This document shows positions 45,701 through 53,922 of a DNA stretch of 64,000 nucleotides, in pieces. Each line of letters opens with the position of its first letter. The stretch's first letter is position 1. Location of the stretch: the NCBI GenBank assembly GCA_037446815.1, contig JBBIHX010000003.1:291-64290 (forward strand). Reading direction: 5' to 3'. This DNA is from Caldilineae bacterium (lineage in GTDB: Bacteria; Chloroflexota; Anaerolineae; DTLA01). A program made the position numbers and the translations under genes. The notes beneath the pieces were generated by a model. The model worked only from the letters and a program-made list of their open reading frames with translations. It was not told where the DNA came from and searched no databases.

Positions 45701-48700
45701 GTGCAGGCCTTTGACGAGGACACGGTGAGGTTCCTGGAGGCGCTGGCCAACCAGGCGGGCGTGGCCATCGGCAACGCATGGCGGTACCAGGAGCAGGTGC
45801 GCCTGGGGGCCAGCCTCAGCCGCCGCGCCGAGCAACTGCGCAGCCTCTTGGAGATCGGCAACGCGCTCCGCATGAACCTGTCGCTGGAAGAGGTGCTGGA
45901 CCAGATTGTCTACGCCATCCCCGAAACGACGGGGTTCAACCTGGCCCTGTTGAGCGTCGTGGAGGGTGATCCGCCGTACCTGCGGCGCGTGGCGGCGGCA
46001 GGGCTGCCCATCGCCGTCTTTGAGGAGATGCGCCGCGTGCGGCAGCCTTTGGAGCGGTTCACCCGCATCATGCGCGACGAGTACCGCATCAGCCAGTCCT
46101 ATTTCTTCCCGCACCAGAAGGCGCACGAGTGGCAAGAGGGGTTGCACGTATACACGCCGCCGGCGCCCGATGAGGAGTGGGAGCAAGGCCGCTGGCACCC
46201 CGAAGACATGCTCATCGTCCCGCTCCATTCGTCCTCCGGCGAGATTCTGGGCCTGCTGAGCGTGGATGAGCCGCGCGATGGTCGGGTGCCCACCCGCGCC
46301 GTGGTGGAGGCGCTGGAGATCTTCGCCAACCAGGCGGCCACGGCCATTGAGAACGCGCAACTGTACGAGAAGCAGTTGGCCCAGAGCCAACTGATGGCGC
46401 GCCGCGCCGAGCAACTCAGCAACCTGCTCAACTTCGGCAACGCCCTGAAGGCCGAGATGAGCCTGGAGCAGGTGTGCCGCGAGATCGCCGATGCCGCACA
46501 CACGCAGATGGGCTATCGCCTCGTGGCGTTGAACCTGATTGATGGCGACGATCCGTCGCTGGTGCGTGTGGTGGCGACGGCGGGGGTGGACGCGGAGACC
46601 ACAGCCGCGCCCTTCCCGCGTTCCGCGCTGGAGAGCCTGCTGGACGAGCGGTATCGTATCAGCCAGTCGTACCTTATCACGGGGGACGGCAAGGGCGCGC
46701 TGGAGGGGAGCGGGGCGCCGGTGTACGTGCCCGATTTGGGCGAGCGCGGGCCCGACGAGTGGCAACCCACCGACGCCCTCATCGTCCCGCTGACCGGCAG
46801 CAAGGGGCACATCGGCTACCTGTCGCTGGATGACCCCGTGAGCCGCCGCCGACCAGAGCCCGAAGACATCGCCGCGCTGGAGGTGTTCGCGAACCAGGCG
46901 GCCATCGGCATTGAGAACGCCATGCTGTACGAGAACGTTATCTCGCGCATGCGCGAAATCTCGGCCATGTACGACGTGAGCCGAGGGTTGGTGTCCACCC
47001 TGGACCCGGAGGAGATGCTGGAGGACGTGTTGAGCGCGCTCCGACAGTCGGCCGGGTACGACAACTGCGCGTTCCTTCTGCTGGACCCGGTTGCCGACGA
47101 CCTGGTGGTGCGCGCCGCCGTGGGGTACATGGAAGACATCAAGGGCCTGCGCATCCAGGTGGGGCGCGAGGGCATCACCGGCTGGGTCGCCGAGAACAAG
47201 CAGCCCCTCGTGGTGCCCGACGTTACGCAGGACGCCCGATACATCCAGAAGGACTCGCAGACCCGCTCGGAGATCGCCGTGCCCATGATGGTGGGCAATC
47301 GGCTCATCGGCGTGCTGGATGCCCAGAGCAGCGAATTGGACGCCTTCGGCGAGCGGGACTTGCGCATCCTGTCGGCGGTGGCAGCGCAGACGGCCGTGGC
47401 CACTGAGAACAGCCGCCTGTATGAGGAGACGCGCCGCCGCGCCACGCAGTTGGAGGCCACCAGCGAGGTGGGGCGACGCATCGCGTCCATCCTGGGCCTG
47501 GATGAACTCCTCTCCGAAGTGGTGGAACTGGTGCACGAGACCTTCAACTACGACCACGTGCACGTGTTCCTGATTGACCCGGATACGCAAGAGGCGGTGT
47601 ACCGCGCGGGCAACGGCTCGGTGGGCCGCGCCATTCGCGAAGAGGGGCTTCGGCTGAAAGTGGGCCAGGAAGGGATGATTGGCCATGCCGCCAGCACCCG
47701 CCAGCCCCTCATCGCCAACGACGTTGCCAAAGACCCCTTCTACGTGCCGCACCCGCTGCTGGCCGACACGCGCTCGGAATGCACCGTCCCGCTGGTCATC
47801 GGAGACCGCGTCATCGGCGTTCTGGACGTGCAGAGCCACGAGTTGGACGCTTTTGGCGACGACGACCTGTTCCTGCTCCAGACCTTCGGCGACCAGTTGG
47901 CCGTGGCCATTGAGAACGCGCGCCTGTTTGAGGAGTCGGAGCGGCGGATCCGTTCCCTGGCGGCGCTGAACCGCATGGGCCAGACAATCAGCTCCACGCT
48001 GGACCTGACGGCGCTCCTGGACGAGGCCTATCGCCAGATTTCGCAGGTCATTGACGCCTCCAATTTCTACATCGCCTTCTACGACGAGGAGCGCGACGAG
48101 GTATCCTTCCCGCTGGCCATTGAGGAGGGTGAGCGCGTAACGTGGCAAAGCCGCCGCGGGACGCGCAGCCTGACCGAGCATATCATCCGCACGCGGCAGC
48201 CGCTATTCCTGCCGGAGAACGTGGTGGAGGCGGCCACCGAAATCCTGGGCAACCCGCCGGTGGGCCGGGCCGCCCTGTCGTGGATGGGCGTGCCGATGAT
48301 TGTGGGCGAGAAGGTCATCGGCGTCATCGCCGTGCAGAGTTATGCCAAGGCTCGCGCCTATACGGAAGAGGACCTCAACGTGCTGCAAACCATCGCGGCG
48401 CAAGTGGCCACGGCGGTGCAGAACGCCCGCCTGTTCCAGGAGACGCGCCAGAGCGCCGAGGAGATGCGCCTGCTGTACGACCTGGGTGTGGCCCTCAGCG
48501 AGACGCTGGAACTGGACCGCGTGCTGACGCTCATCGCCGAGAGCGCGCTGCAACTGACCCACACGCAAATCGCCACGCTGTACATCAAGGGCCAGACGGG
48601 CGATGAACTGACCTTCAAGGTTGTCTCGGACCCGCCGGAGCTGGCCCAGGGGATTGAAGTACACAAGCCGCGCGCCAAGGGCCTGACGGCGCAGATTCTC

Positions 48701-51475
48701 AAATCGGGCAAGCCGCTTATCCTGGACGACATTGCGCAGGACGAGCGCGTCAGCCCGGTTATCAAAGAGATGGGCATCCAGTCCATGATGGGCGTGCCGG
48801 TGCAGGTGGAGGGGCAGACCATCGGGGTGCTGTTTGCAGGCTCTAGGGAGTCCCACCACTTCACCGATAGGGACGTGTCGCTGGTCAACTTCCTGGTGAA
48901 CCAGGCGTCGCGCGCCATCCGCAACGCCCAGTTGTACGAGGAAATCACGCGCCTGAACCTGGAACTGGAAGAGCGCGTGGAGCAGCGCACGCGCGAACTG
49001 GCCAAGGCCAACGAGGAACTCACCATTGAGCGCGACCGCACCGAGGCGCTGTACCGCATCGCGCGCGAGTTGAGCCAGACGCTGGACCTGAACCGCGTGA
49101 TGAGCCGCGCCCTGCAATTGCTGAAAGAGTCCATCGGCATGAAGCGGGGCTCCATCCTCCTGCTGGATCAGCAGACCGGCAAACTGGTGCACCGCGCGTC
49201 GCTGACGCGGGGCACGCTGGAGCAGGGCGAGGCATCGCGGGCGTTCAGCGTGGGCGTTGGGCTGGCCGGGTGGGTGCTCCAGCACCGCCAGGCGGCCATC
49301 GTCCCCGACGTAACGAAGGACGAGCGGTGGCTCGCGACGGCGGGCGAGGAGACCGTGCGGTCGGCGCTGTCGGTGCCGCTACAGGCGGGCGAGGACATCC
49401 TTGGCGTGCTGACCCTGGCCGACCCGCGCCCCGACTACTTCAGCGAGGCCCACCTGAAGATGGTAACCGCCGCGGCCACACAGATCGCCACCGCCATCGG
49501 CAACGCCGAACTGTATCGGCTGATTCAGGAGCAAGCGGACCGCCTGGGCGACATGCTGCGCATGCAGCAGACCGAAGCGTCCAAGACCCGCGCCATCCTG
49601 GAGGGCATCGCCGACGGCGTGGTGGTTACCGACACCGACGGGCGCATCATCCTGTTCAACGACGCCGCCGAGCGCATCCTAGGCGTGCCGCGCAATGTCG
49701 TCATGAACGAGAACGTGCATGCCCTGCCGGCTACCCTGTCGGCGGGGGCCGAGATGGCGGCGCGTGGCCTGGCCGCCGTGAGCCGCTGGGTCGGCGTCGC
49801 GACCCGTCAGCGGCCCCAGATGGAAGAGCGCTTCGCCGTGGGCAACAAGGTGGCCAGCGTGCGCGTGGCCCCCGTGATGATGGGCGACGAACTGCTGGGC
49901 ACGGTGGCCCTGTTCCGCGACATCTCCAAGGAGGTGGAGGCCGAGCGCGTCAAGAACGAGTTCATCTCCACCGTGTCCCACGAGTTGCGCACGCCCATGA
50001 CCTCCATCAAGGGTTACACCGACCTGCTGTTCATGCAGGCCGCGGGGCCCATCACCGACGCCCAGCGCAAGTTCCTGACCGTCATCAAGTCCAACGCCGA
50101 CCGCCTGGCCACGCTGGTAAATGACCTGTTGGACATCTCCCGTATTGAGACCGGCCGCATCCGCCTTGACCGCCAGCCTACCGACGCCGCCAAGGTGATC
50201 CAGGACGTGGTAACGGCGCTCAGCAAGCAGGCGGACGAGAAGCAACTGACGGTTACCACCCGGATCAAGTCGCCGCTGCCGCCGGTGTACGCCGACCGCG
50301 ACCGCCTGACCCAGATTCTGACCAACCTGGTGGACAACGCGTGCCGGTATACGCCTGCGGGCGGGAAGATCACCGTGTCGGCGCGGCGCGTTTCCGACAA
50401 GGTGCAGATTGACGTAACCGACACCGGCATCGGCATCTCGCCCGAAGACCAGAAGAAGGTCTTTGACCGCTTCTATCGGGCCGACCATCCCGTCGTCCAA
50501 GAGACCGGCGGCACCGGCCTGGGCCTGGCCATCGTCAAGTCGTTCGTGGAGATGCACGGTGGCACCATCTGGCTGAAGAGCGAGTTGGGCAAGGGTTCAA
50601 CGTTCAGTTTCACGATGCCCATCGCCGTGTTTGACCAGCCGCTCCCGCCGCGCGAGGAAGTAACGGAGGAGGCCGAACCCATCGGCGCGGGCAAGCGCAT
50701 CCTGGTGGTGGAAGACGAGCCGGACATCGCCAACCTGGTGGCCCATCACCTGCGCGAGGAAGGGTATGAGGTGAGCACGTGCGGGCGCGGCGATGAGGTC
50801 ATGGACATCGCCCTGCGCGAAAAGCCGCACCTCATCACCCTGGACATCCGCCTGCCGGGCAAGGACGGGTTTGAGGTGCTCGGCGAGTTGAAGGCCCACC
50901 CGGAAACGTCGGAAATTCCCGTCGTCATCCTGTCCATCGTGCCCGACCCCGACCGAGCCTACCGATTGGGCGCGGTGGACTACCTGGGCAAGCCGGTGGA
51001 CGAGAAGCGCCTTGTCAACACGATACACTCCATCCTGTTCGCCCACGACCTGGTGCTCATCTGCGACGACAATGAGGACACGCAGAAACTGCTGCGCGAG
51101 GTCCTGGAGCGCAACGGATTCGTGGCCCGGACTGTGTCGGACGGACGCCAGGTGCTGGCCGTCGCTGAGAAGGAGCGCCCCGGCCTCATCCTGCTGGACC
51201 TCAAGATGCCCGGCCTGGACGGGTATTCGGTGTTGGAGCAACTGAAGCAGAATCCGAACACCGCCGACATCCCGGTGATTGTGATGACGGCCAGCATTGC
51301 CGACGACAAGGTGAAGCGCGACCGCGCGCTGGCGCTTGGAGCCGCCAAGTTCATGACCAAGCCCTTCTCCATCCCCGATTTGGTGGAGGAGGTGCGCAAG
51401 GCGCTGGAGGCCAGGGCCAAGGCCAACGGCAAGGCGCAACGGGCCGACCGCGAGGCCGCCGCGAGCGCCGAGTAA
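42710..51475 (+). CDS. Giant membrane-anchored hybrid sensor histidine kinase (2921 aa): about 5 TM - 12 tandem GAF - PAS - HisKA - HATPase_c - REC - REC
   Basis: N-terminal hydrophobic region of about 170 aa. Twelve GAF units, each ending in an (E/Q)NA(R/Q)L(Y/F) helix and sharing a VPDVT(K/Q)D...TRSE.(A/T)VP...(V/I)(L/I)GVL core. PAS (ILEGIADGVVVTDTDGRIILFN), H-box (STVSHELRTPMTSIKGY), HATPase (LVDNACRYT...GTGLGLAIVK), then two REC domains (KRILVVEDEPDI...; LVLICDDNEDTQ...). Confidence 0.85.
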   Translation: MNVSKGRLRAQQVVAWLYWFGWLYVLISSLTNQGRVGLWVLALLAAQWLVLRVGAVRAFRARHALLGLLAVEVPFSIAVFYLTGGRTSPASILAYFLVGLGAAHLPLAALAVYILGITVAFLLPLVPPLWPAGEPIRWQYLVTGLFSYYALGYIVRYLVQAEERERAEHLESQEVLAESRRRVNELTALQRISRQLGSTLELDKLLPMIVEETVAATPATHGALLLVDENTGKLALRASYGYTPDQIMAYKELDFESTKTIVGRVRETGQPALIADVSQDADYFALVPETRSEVAVPIRMGNVVVGVLNLEARTPNAFADADVHFLEAIADQAALALANAQLYTATDRTLARRVEELGAMSEITRELASTLDLHRVLDLLIGRAIQATGATSALAGLYDPETDTLELLAHRNYPTLITAEGTVERPATGGITQRVVRTGRPALVPDVTKDPDYVPALPDTRSQLTVPIRYENQVLGVLNLESNRPAAFTHENLAFVENLANQAAVAVRNARLYDQELRRLQEISLLNEVGQAISGSLDLESTLQTILESARRLLDYYVAEVNLWDEDQGVMVTCAAAGESGYLTQVGTTYTPEQGYTGWITRNQKPLFIPDTRARADVQPRVSLEDTPYRSYMGVPLVKGQKLVGTLEMAADRPNAFSQQDLRLLQAIAGQAAVAIENARLYEETQSRVDEMAGLFQIAGIVTSTLDMDQMLQETLRKTAELLKAEKMALLLYNETTERLEARASAVVGLPPEEAEMLSIDAQTPDFAYGVFRTGRPFRSSDAPHDKRIIPAYRPLIEKYGFRTVLSVPLRTQDVILGELHAGNKRDGAFSTEDERLLATVAAQLAAGIQNLRLYQRTDEQLRHQIDQMTALQRITRELNATLELERILEVVITEAIRATRASHGNIALLDVESGTFHIAAYKGYSAEEEAILQKMTLGSGNSIAEDAIRAAKSIIVADARKETRPVCIRKGTLSAVAVPILYEGAVAGVISLRAMEVQAFDEDTVRFLEALANQAGVAIGNAWRYQEQVRLGASLSRRAEQLRSLLEIGNALRMNLSLEEVLDQIVYAIPETTGFNLALLSVVEGDPPYLRRVAAAGLPIAVFEEMRRVRQPLERFTRIMRDEYRISQSYFFPHQKAHEWQEGLHVYTPPAPDEEWEQGRWHPEDMLIVPLHSSSGEILGLLSVDEPRDGRVPTRAVVEALEIFANQAATAIENAQLYEKQLAQSQLMARRAEQLSNLLNFGNALKAEMSLEQVCREIADAAHTQMGYRLVALNLIDGDDPSLVRVVATAGVDAETTAAPFPRSALESLLDERYRISQSYLITGDGKGALEGSGAPVYVPDLGERGPDEWQPTDALIVPLTGSKGHIGYLSLDDPVSRRRPEPEDIAALEVFANQAAIGIENAMLYENVISRMREISAMYDVSRGLVSTLDPEEMLEDVLSALRQSAGYDNCAFLLLDPVADDLVVRAAVGYMEDIKGLRIQVGREGITGWVAENKQPLVVPDVTQDARYIQKDSQTRSEIAVPMMVGNRLIGVLDAQSSELDAFGERDLRILSAVAAQTAVATENSRLYEETRRRATQLEATSEVGRRIASILGLDELLSEVVELVHETFNYDHVHVFLIDPDTQEAVYRAGNGSVGRAIREEGLRLKVGQEGMIGHAASTRQPLIANDVAKDPFYVPHPLLADTRSECTVPLVIGDRVIGVLDVQSHELDAFGDDDLFLLQTFGDQLAVAIENARLFEESERRIRSLAALNRMGQTISSTLDLTALLDEAYRQISQVIDASNFYIAFYDEERDEVSFPLAIEEGERVTWQSRRGTRSLTEHIIRTRQPLFLPENVVEAATEILGNPPVGRAALSWMGVPMIVGEKVIGVIAVQSYAKARAYTEEDLNVLQTIAAQVATAVQNARLFQETRQSAEEMRLLYDLGVALSETLELDRVLTLIAESALQLTHTQIATLYIKGQTGDELTFKVVSDPPELAQGIEVHKPRAKGLTAQILKSGKPLILDDIAQDERVSPVIKEMGIQSMMGVPVQVEGQTIGVLFAGSRESHHFTDRDVSLVNFLVNQASRAIRNAQLYEEITRLNLELEERVEQRTRELAKANEELTIERDRTEALYRIARELSQTLDLNRVMSRALQLLKESIGMKRGSILLLDQQTGKLVHRASLTRGTLEQGEASRAFSVGVGLAGWVLQHRQAAIVPDVTKDERWLATAGEETVRSALSVPLQAGEDILGVLTLADPRPDYFSEAHLKMVTAAATQIATAIGNAELYRLIQEQADRLGDMLRMQQTEASKTRAILEGIADGVVVTDTDGRIILFNDAAERILGVPRNVVMNENVHALPATLSAGAEMAARGLAAVSRWVGVATRQRPQMEERFAVGNKVASVRVAPVMMGDELLGTVALFRDISKEVEAERVKNEFISTVSHELRTPMTSIKGYTDLLFMQAAGPITDAQRKFLTVIKSNADRLATLVNDLLDISRIETGRIRLDRQPTDAAKVIQDVVTALSKQADEKQLTVTTRIKSPLPPVYADRDRLTQILTNLVDNACRYTPAGGKITVSARRVSDKVQIDVTDTGIGISPEDQKKVFDRFYRADHPVVQETGGTGLGLAIVKSFVEMHGGTIWLKSELGKGSTFSFTMPIAVFDQPLPPREEVTEEAEPIGAGKRILVVEDEPDIANLVAHHLREEGYEVSTCGRGDEVMDIALREKPHLITLDIRLPGKDGFEVLGELKAHPETSEIPVVILSIVPDPDRAYRLGAVDYLGKPVDEKRLVNTIHSILFAHDLVLICDDNEDTQKLLREVLERNGFVARTVSDGRQVLAVAEKERPGLILLDLKMPGLDGYSVLEQLKQNPNTADIPVIVMTASIADDKVKRDRALALGAAKFMTKPFSIPDLVEEVRKALEARAKANGKAQRADREAAASAE

Positions 51476-51505
51476 AAACTTCTTCCCGGGGACTGGGTTA
51501 GGATT

Positions 51506-51883
51506 ATGCCAAAGATCGTTGTGGCGGAAGACGAGCGGGACATCTTGGAGTTGATTCGCTTTGTCTTGGAGTTCAACGGGTTTGAGGTCGTGACGGCGAG
51601 CAACGGGGAGGAAGCCGTCCAACAGGCGCTGGCGACCATGCCCGACTTGGTGCTGATGGACGTGCGCATGCCGCGCATGACCGGGCACCAGGCGTGCCAG
51701 GCGCTGAAAGCCAACCCCAAGACCCAAAATATCCCGGTGGTGTTCCTTTCCGCGCGCGGGCAGGAGGCCGACATCAAGCAGGGGCTTTCGCTCGGGGCGG
51801 CGGACTACATCCTCAAGCCCTTCTCGCCGGAGGAGTTGCCCAATCGGCTGCGGAACGTGTTGGCCGCGGCGGGAAGCAAATGA
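51506..51883 (+). CDS. Single-domain CheY-like response regulator
   Basis: A 125-aa protein: KIVVAEDERDI...DLVLMDVRMPRMTG...ADYILKPF. Located 30 nt after the kinase. Confidence 0.8.
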   Translation: MPKIVVAEDERDILELIRFVLEFNGFEVVTASNGEEAVQQALATMPDLVLMDVRMPRMTGHQACQALKANPKTQNIPVVFLSARGQEADIKQGLSLGAADYILKPFSPEELPNRLRNVLAAAGSK

Positions 51884-51907
51884 CATGCAGGCGGTCGGGG
51901 AGCGGCG

Positions 51908-52687
51908 ATGAGCGTCATCCTCATTGAGGAGCGAATCATCCACTACGAGACGCTGGGGCGAGGCAAGCCGCTGATCTTTCTGCACGGCTGGCTCGGCTCG
52001 TGGCGCTACTGGATGCACGCCATGGAGGCGCTCTCGGAGAACTACCGTACCCACGCTTTTGACCTGTGGGGATACGGCGACTCGGACAAGCAGGGCGGGC
52101 GCCATGATTTGGATTCCTACCTGCGCCTGCTGGAAGCCTTCATGGATCAGATGGGTATCCTGAAGGCGCCGCTGGTGGCGCACAGTCTGGGGGGCATCCT
52201 CGCCGTGCACTTCGCGGCGAAGCACCCGGATCGCGTGCCTCGGCTCGCGCTGGTGAGCACGCCCCTCACCGACGCGGGCCTCAATGCCGGCGCTATCCTC
52301 GGCAAGTCGGCCCTCGGCAAGTTCCAGCAGAAGCGGCAGATTACGCACGACATCGTGTGGCAGGACATTGCCCGCATCGCCCCGAAGGCCATTGACGAAA
52401 GCCTGGCCAGCCTGAAGAAGTTTGACCTTCGGCCCCTGCTCCAGCAGATGCAGATGCCCTCGCTCATCGTGTACGGGCGCAAGGACGGGCTGGTGGATCC
52501 CGGGCAGGCGGCCGGCCTGGAGGGCAACAACCCCCGGATGCGCGTCCTCACCATGCCCGACTCTCGGCACTTCCCCATGTTGGACGAGGTGAGCCGCTTC
52601 AATCGGCTGCTCATGGATTTCCTGGAAGTCGGGGAAGACTTGACCGAGTTGGACCTGAAGACGGAGTGGCGCCGCCGCACCCATTGA
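51908..52687 (+). CDS. Alpha/beta-hydrolase fold protein (paralog B)
   Basis: LHGWLGSWRYW, nucleophile elbow AHSLGG. Paralog of 37644..38435. Confidence 0.75.
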   Translation: MSVILIEERIIHYETLGRGKPLIFLHGWLGSWRYWMHAMEALSENYRTHAFDLWGYGDSDKQGGRHDLDSYLRLLEAFMDQMGILKAPLVAHSLGGILAVHFAAKHPDRVPRLALVSTPLTDAGLNAGAILGKSALGKFQQKRQITHDIVWQDIARIAPKAIDESLASLKKFDLRPLLQQMQMPSLIVYGRKDGLVDPGQAAGLEGNNPRMRVLTMPDSRHFPMLDEVSRFNRLLMDFLEVGEDLTELDLKTEWRRRTH

Positions 52688-52690
52688 CGG

Positions 52691-52840
52691 GATTCGGTTC
52701 CAGAGTCTGTTGTTAGCCGTCATTGCGAGGGCACGCAGTGCCCGAAGCAATCTCCGGGGCGTGGGATTGCTTCGCTTCGCTCGCAATGACACACGAGGAG
52801 GGTGCGCCTGCAATTCACCAACACAAGATGAAACCGAGTC
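52691..52840 (+). mobile_element. MITE (family A), 150 bp, with 12-nt terminal inverted repeats and an apparent 8-9-bp target-site duplication
   Basis: TIRs are GATTCGGTTCCA...TGAAACCGAGTC. The element is flanked on both sides by (C)ATTGACGG (52682-52690 and 52840-52848). It is inserted directly after the hydrolase TGA stop. The internal long hairpin is GTCATTGCGAGGGC...GCTCGCAATGACAC. Confidence 0.7.
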
Positions 52841-52885
52841 ATTGACGGCGGCGCGGCAACCATTACCACACGGAGGCCCTACCCT

Positions 52886-53827
52886 ATGCGCGTTCTCATC
52901 ACAGGCGGCGCCGGATTCATCGGCGCGGCGCTGGCCAATCGCTTGGTGGCCGAGGGACACCACGTGCGCGTGCTGGACGACCTGAGCGCGGGCGACCCGG
53001 CGCGACTGGACCGGCGCGTGGTGTTCACCCGCGGCGACGTGCGCGACGTTCCCAAACTCTGGACGCTGCTCCAGGGCATCTCGTGCGTGTACCACTTGGC
53101 GGCGCGCGTGTCCGTCCCCGAGTCGGTCCTCTACCCGCGCGAGTACAACGACGTGAACGTGGGCGGCACCGTCGCGGTGATGCAAGCGGCCCGCGATGCC
53201 GGCGTGGGGCGCGTGGTGTTCGCCTCGTCGGGGGCCGTGTACGGCGATCAGGCCACCCAGCCAGTCTCGGAGACGGCCTGGCCGCACCCCCGTTCCCCCT
53301 ATGCCGTCAGCAAACTGGCGTCGGAACTGTACGTAAATACCCTGGGCGAACTGTACGGCATTGAAACCGTGAGCCTGCGGATATTCAACGCCTACGGCGC
53401 GGGCCAGTTCGTCCCGGCAGCGCACGCGCCGGTCATTCCCTTCTTCCTCAAGCAGGCGCTGTCGGGCGGTTCGGTCATCGTGTTCGGCACGGGCCAACAG
53501 ACCCGCGACTTCGTGTACATAGACGACGTGGTGGACGCGCTGGTGGCCGCGTCGGAGGCAAGCGAGGTCAACCGCCAGGTCATCAACGTCGGCTCGGGGC
53601 AGGAGACCAGCGTCCGCGCGCTGGTAGACCTCATCGCCGAGGCCATCGGGCGCGAGGTGCATTCGCTGCACAGCCAGGCCGATACGGGCGGCGTGTCGCG
53701 GCTGGTGGCCGACCTGACGCGGGCGCGGGCGCTGCTGGGCTATGCGCCCAAGGTGGACGTGCGGGCGGGCCTGCGGTTGATGCTTCAGCACGACCCCTAT
53801 CTCCGCGACCTGATGGGCCGCGCCTGA
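52886..53827 (+). CDS. NAD-dependent epimerase/dehydratase (UDP-hexose 4-epimerase-like SDR)
   Basis: N-terminal Rossmann motif VLITGGAGFIGAALANRL and the extended-SDR YxxxK (YAVSK). GGAGG RBS. Confidence 0.8.
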   Translation: MRVLITGGAGFIGAALANRLVAEGHHVRVLDDLSAGDPARLDRRVVFTRGDVRDVPKLWTLLQGISCVYHLAARVSVPESVLYPREYNDVNVGGTVAVMQAARDAGVGRVVFASSGAVYGDQATQPVSETAWPHPRSPYAVSKLASELYVNTLGELYGIETVSLRIFNAYGAGQFVPAAHAPVIPFFLKQALSGGSVIVFGTGQQTRDFVYIDDVVDALVAASEASEVNRQVINVGSGQETSVRALVDLIAEAIGREVHSLHSQADTGGVSRLVADLTRARALLGYAPKVDVRAGLRLMLQHDPYLRDLMGRA

Positions 53828-53922
53828 GAGAATGCCTCGCCGCCCTGGCCCCTGATGACCGCTGGACAGGTGGCCTGCTCGCGGGAGTTTCTATTCGCGG
53901 GTTTCTTTTCGCAGGAGTTTCT

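Noticed and set aside
44336-48181. 1281-aa minus-strand ORF inside the giant kinase gene (and 50597..53791, a 1064-aa minus-strand ORF spanning the kinase 3' end through galE)
   Set aside because: These are shadow ORFs. The 50597..53791 ORF spans several independently supported + strand genes and intergenic regions and has no domain content. The sense frames encode recognisable GAF, HK, REC and hydrolase domains.
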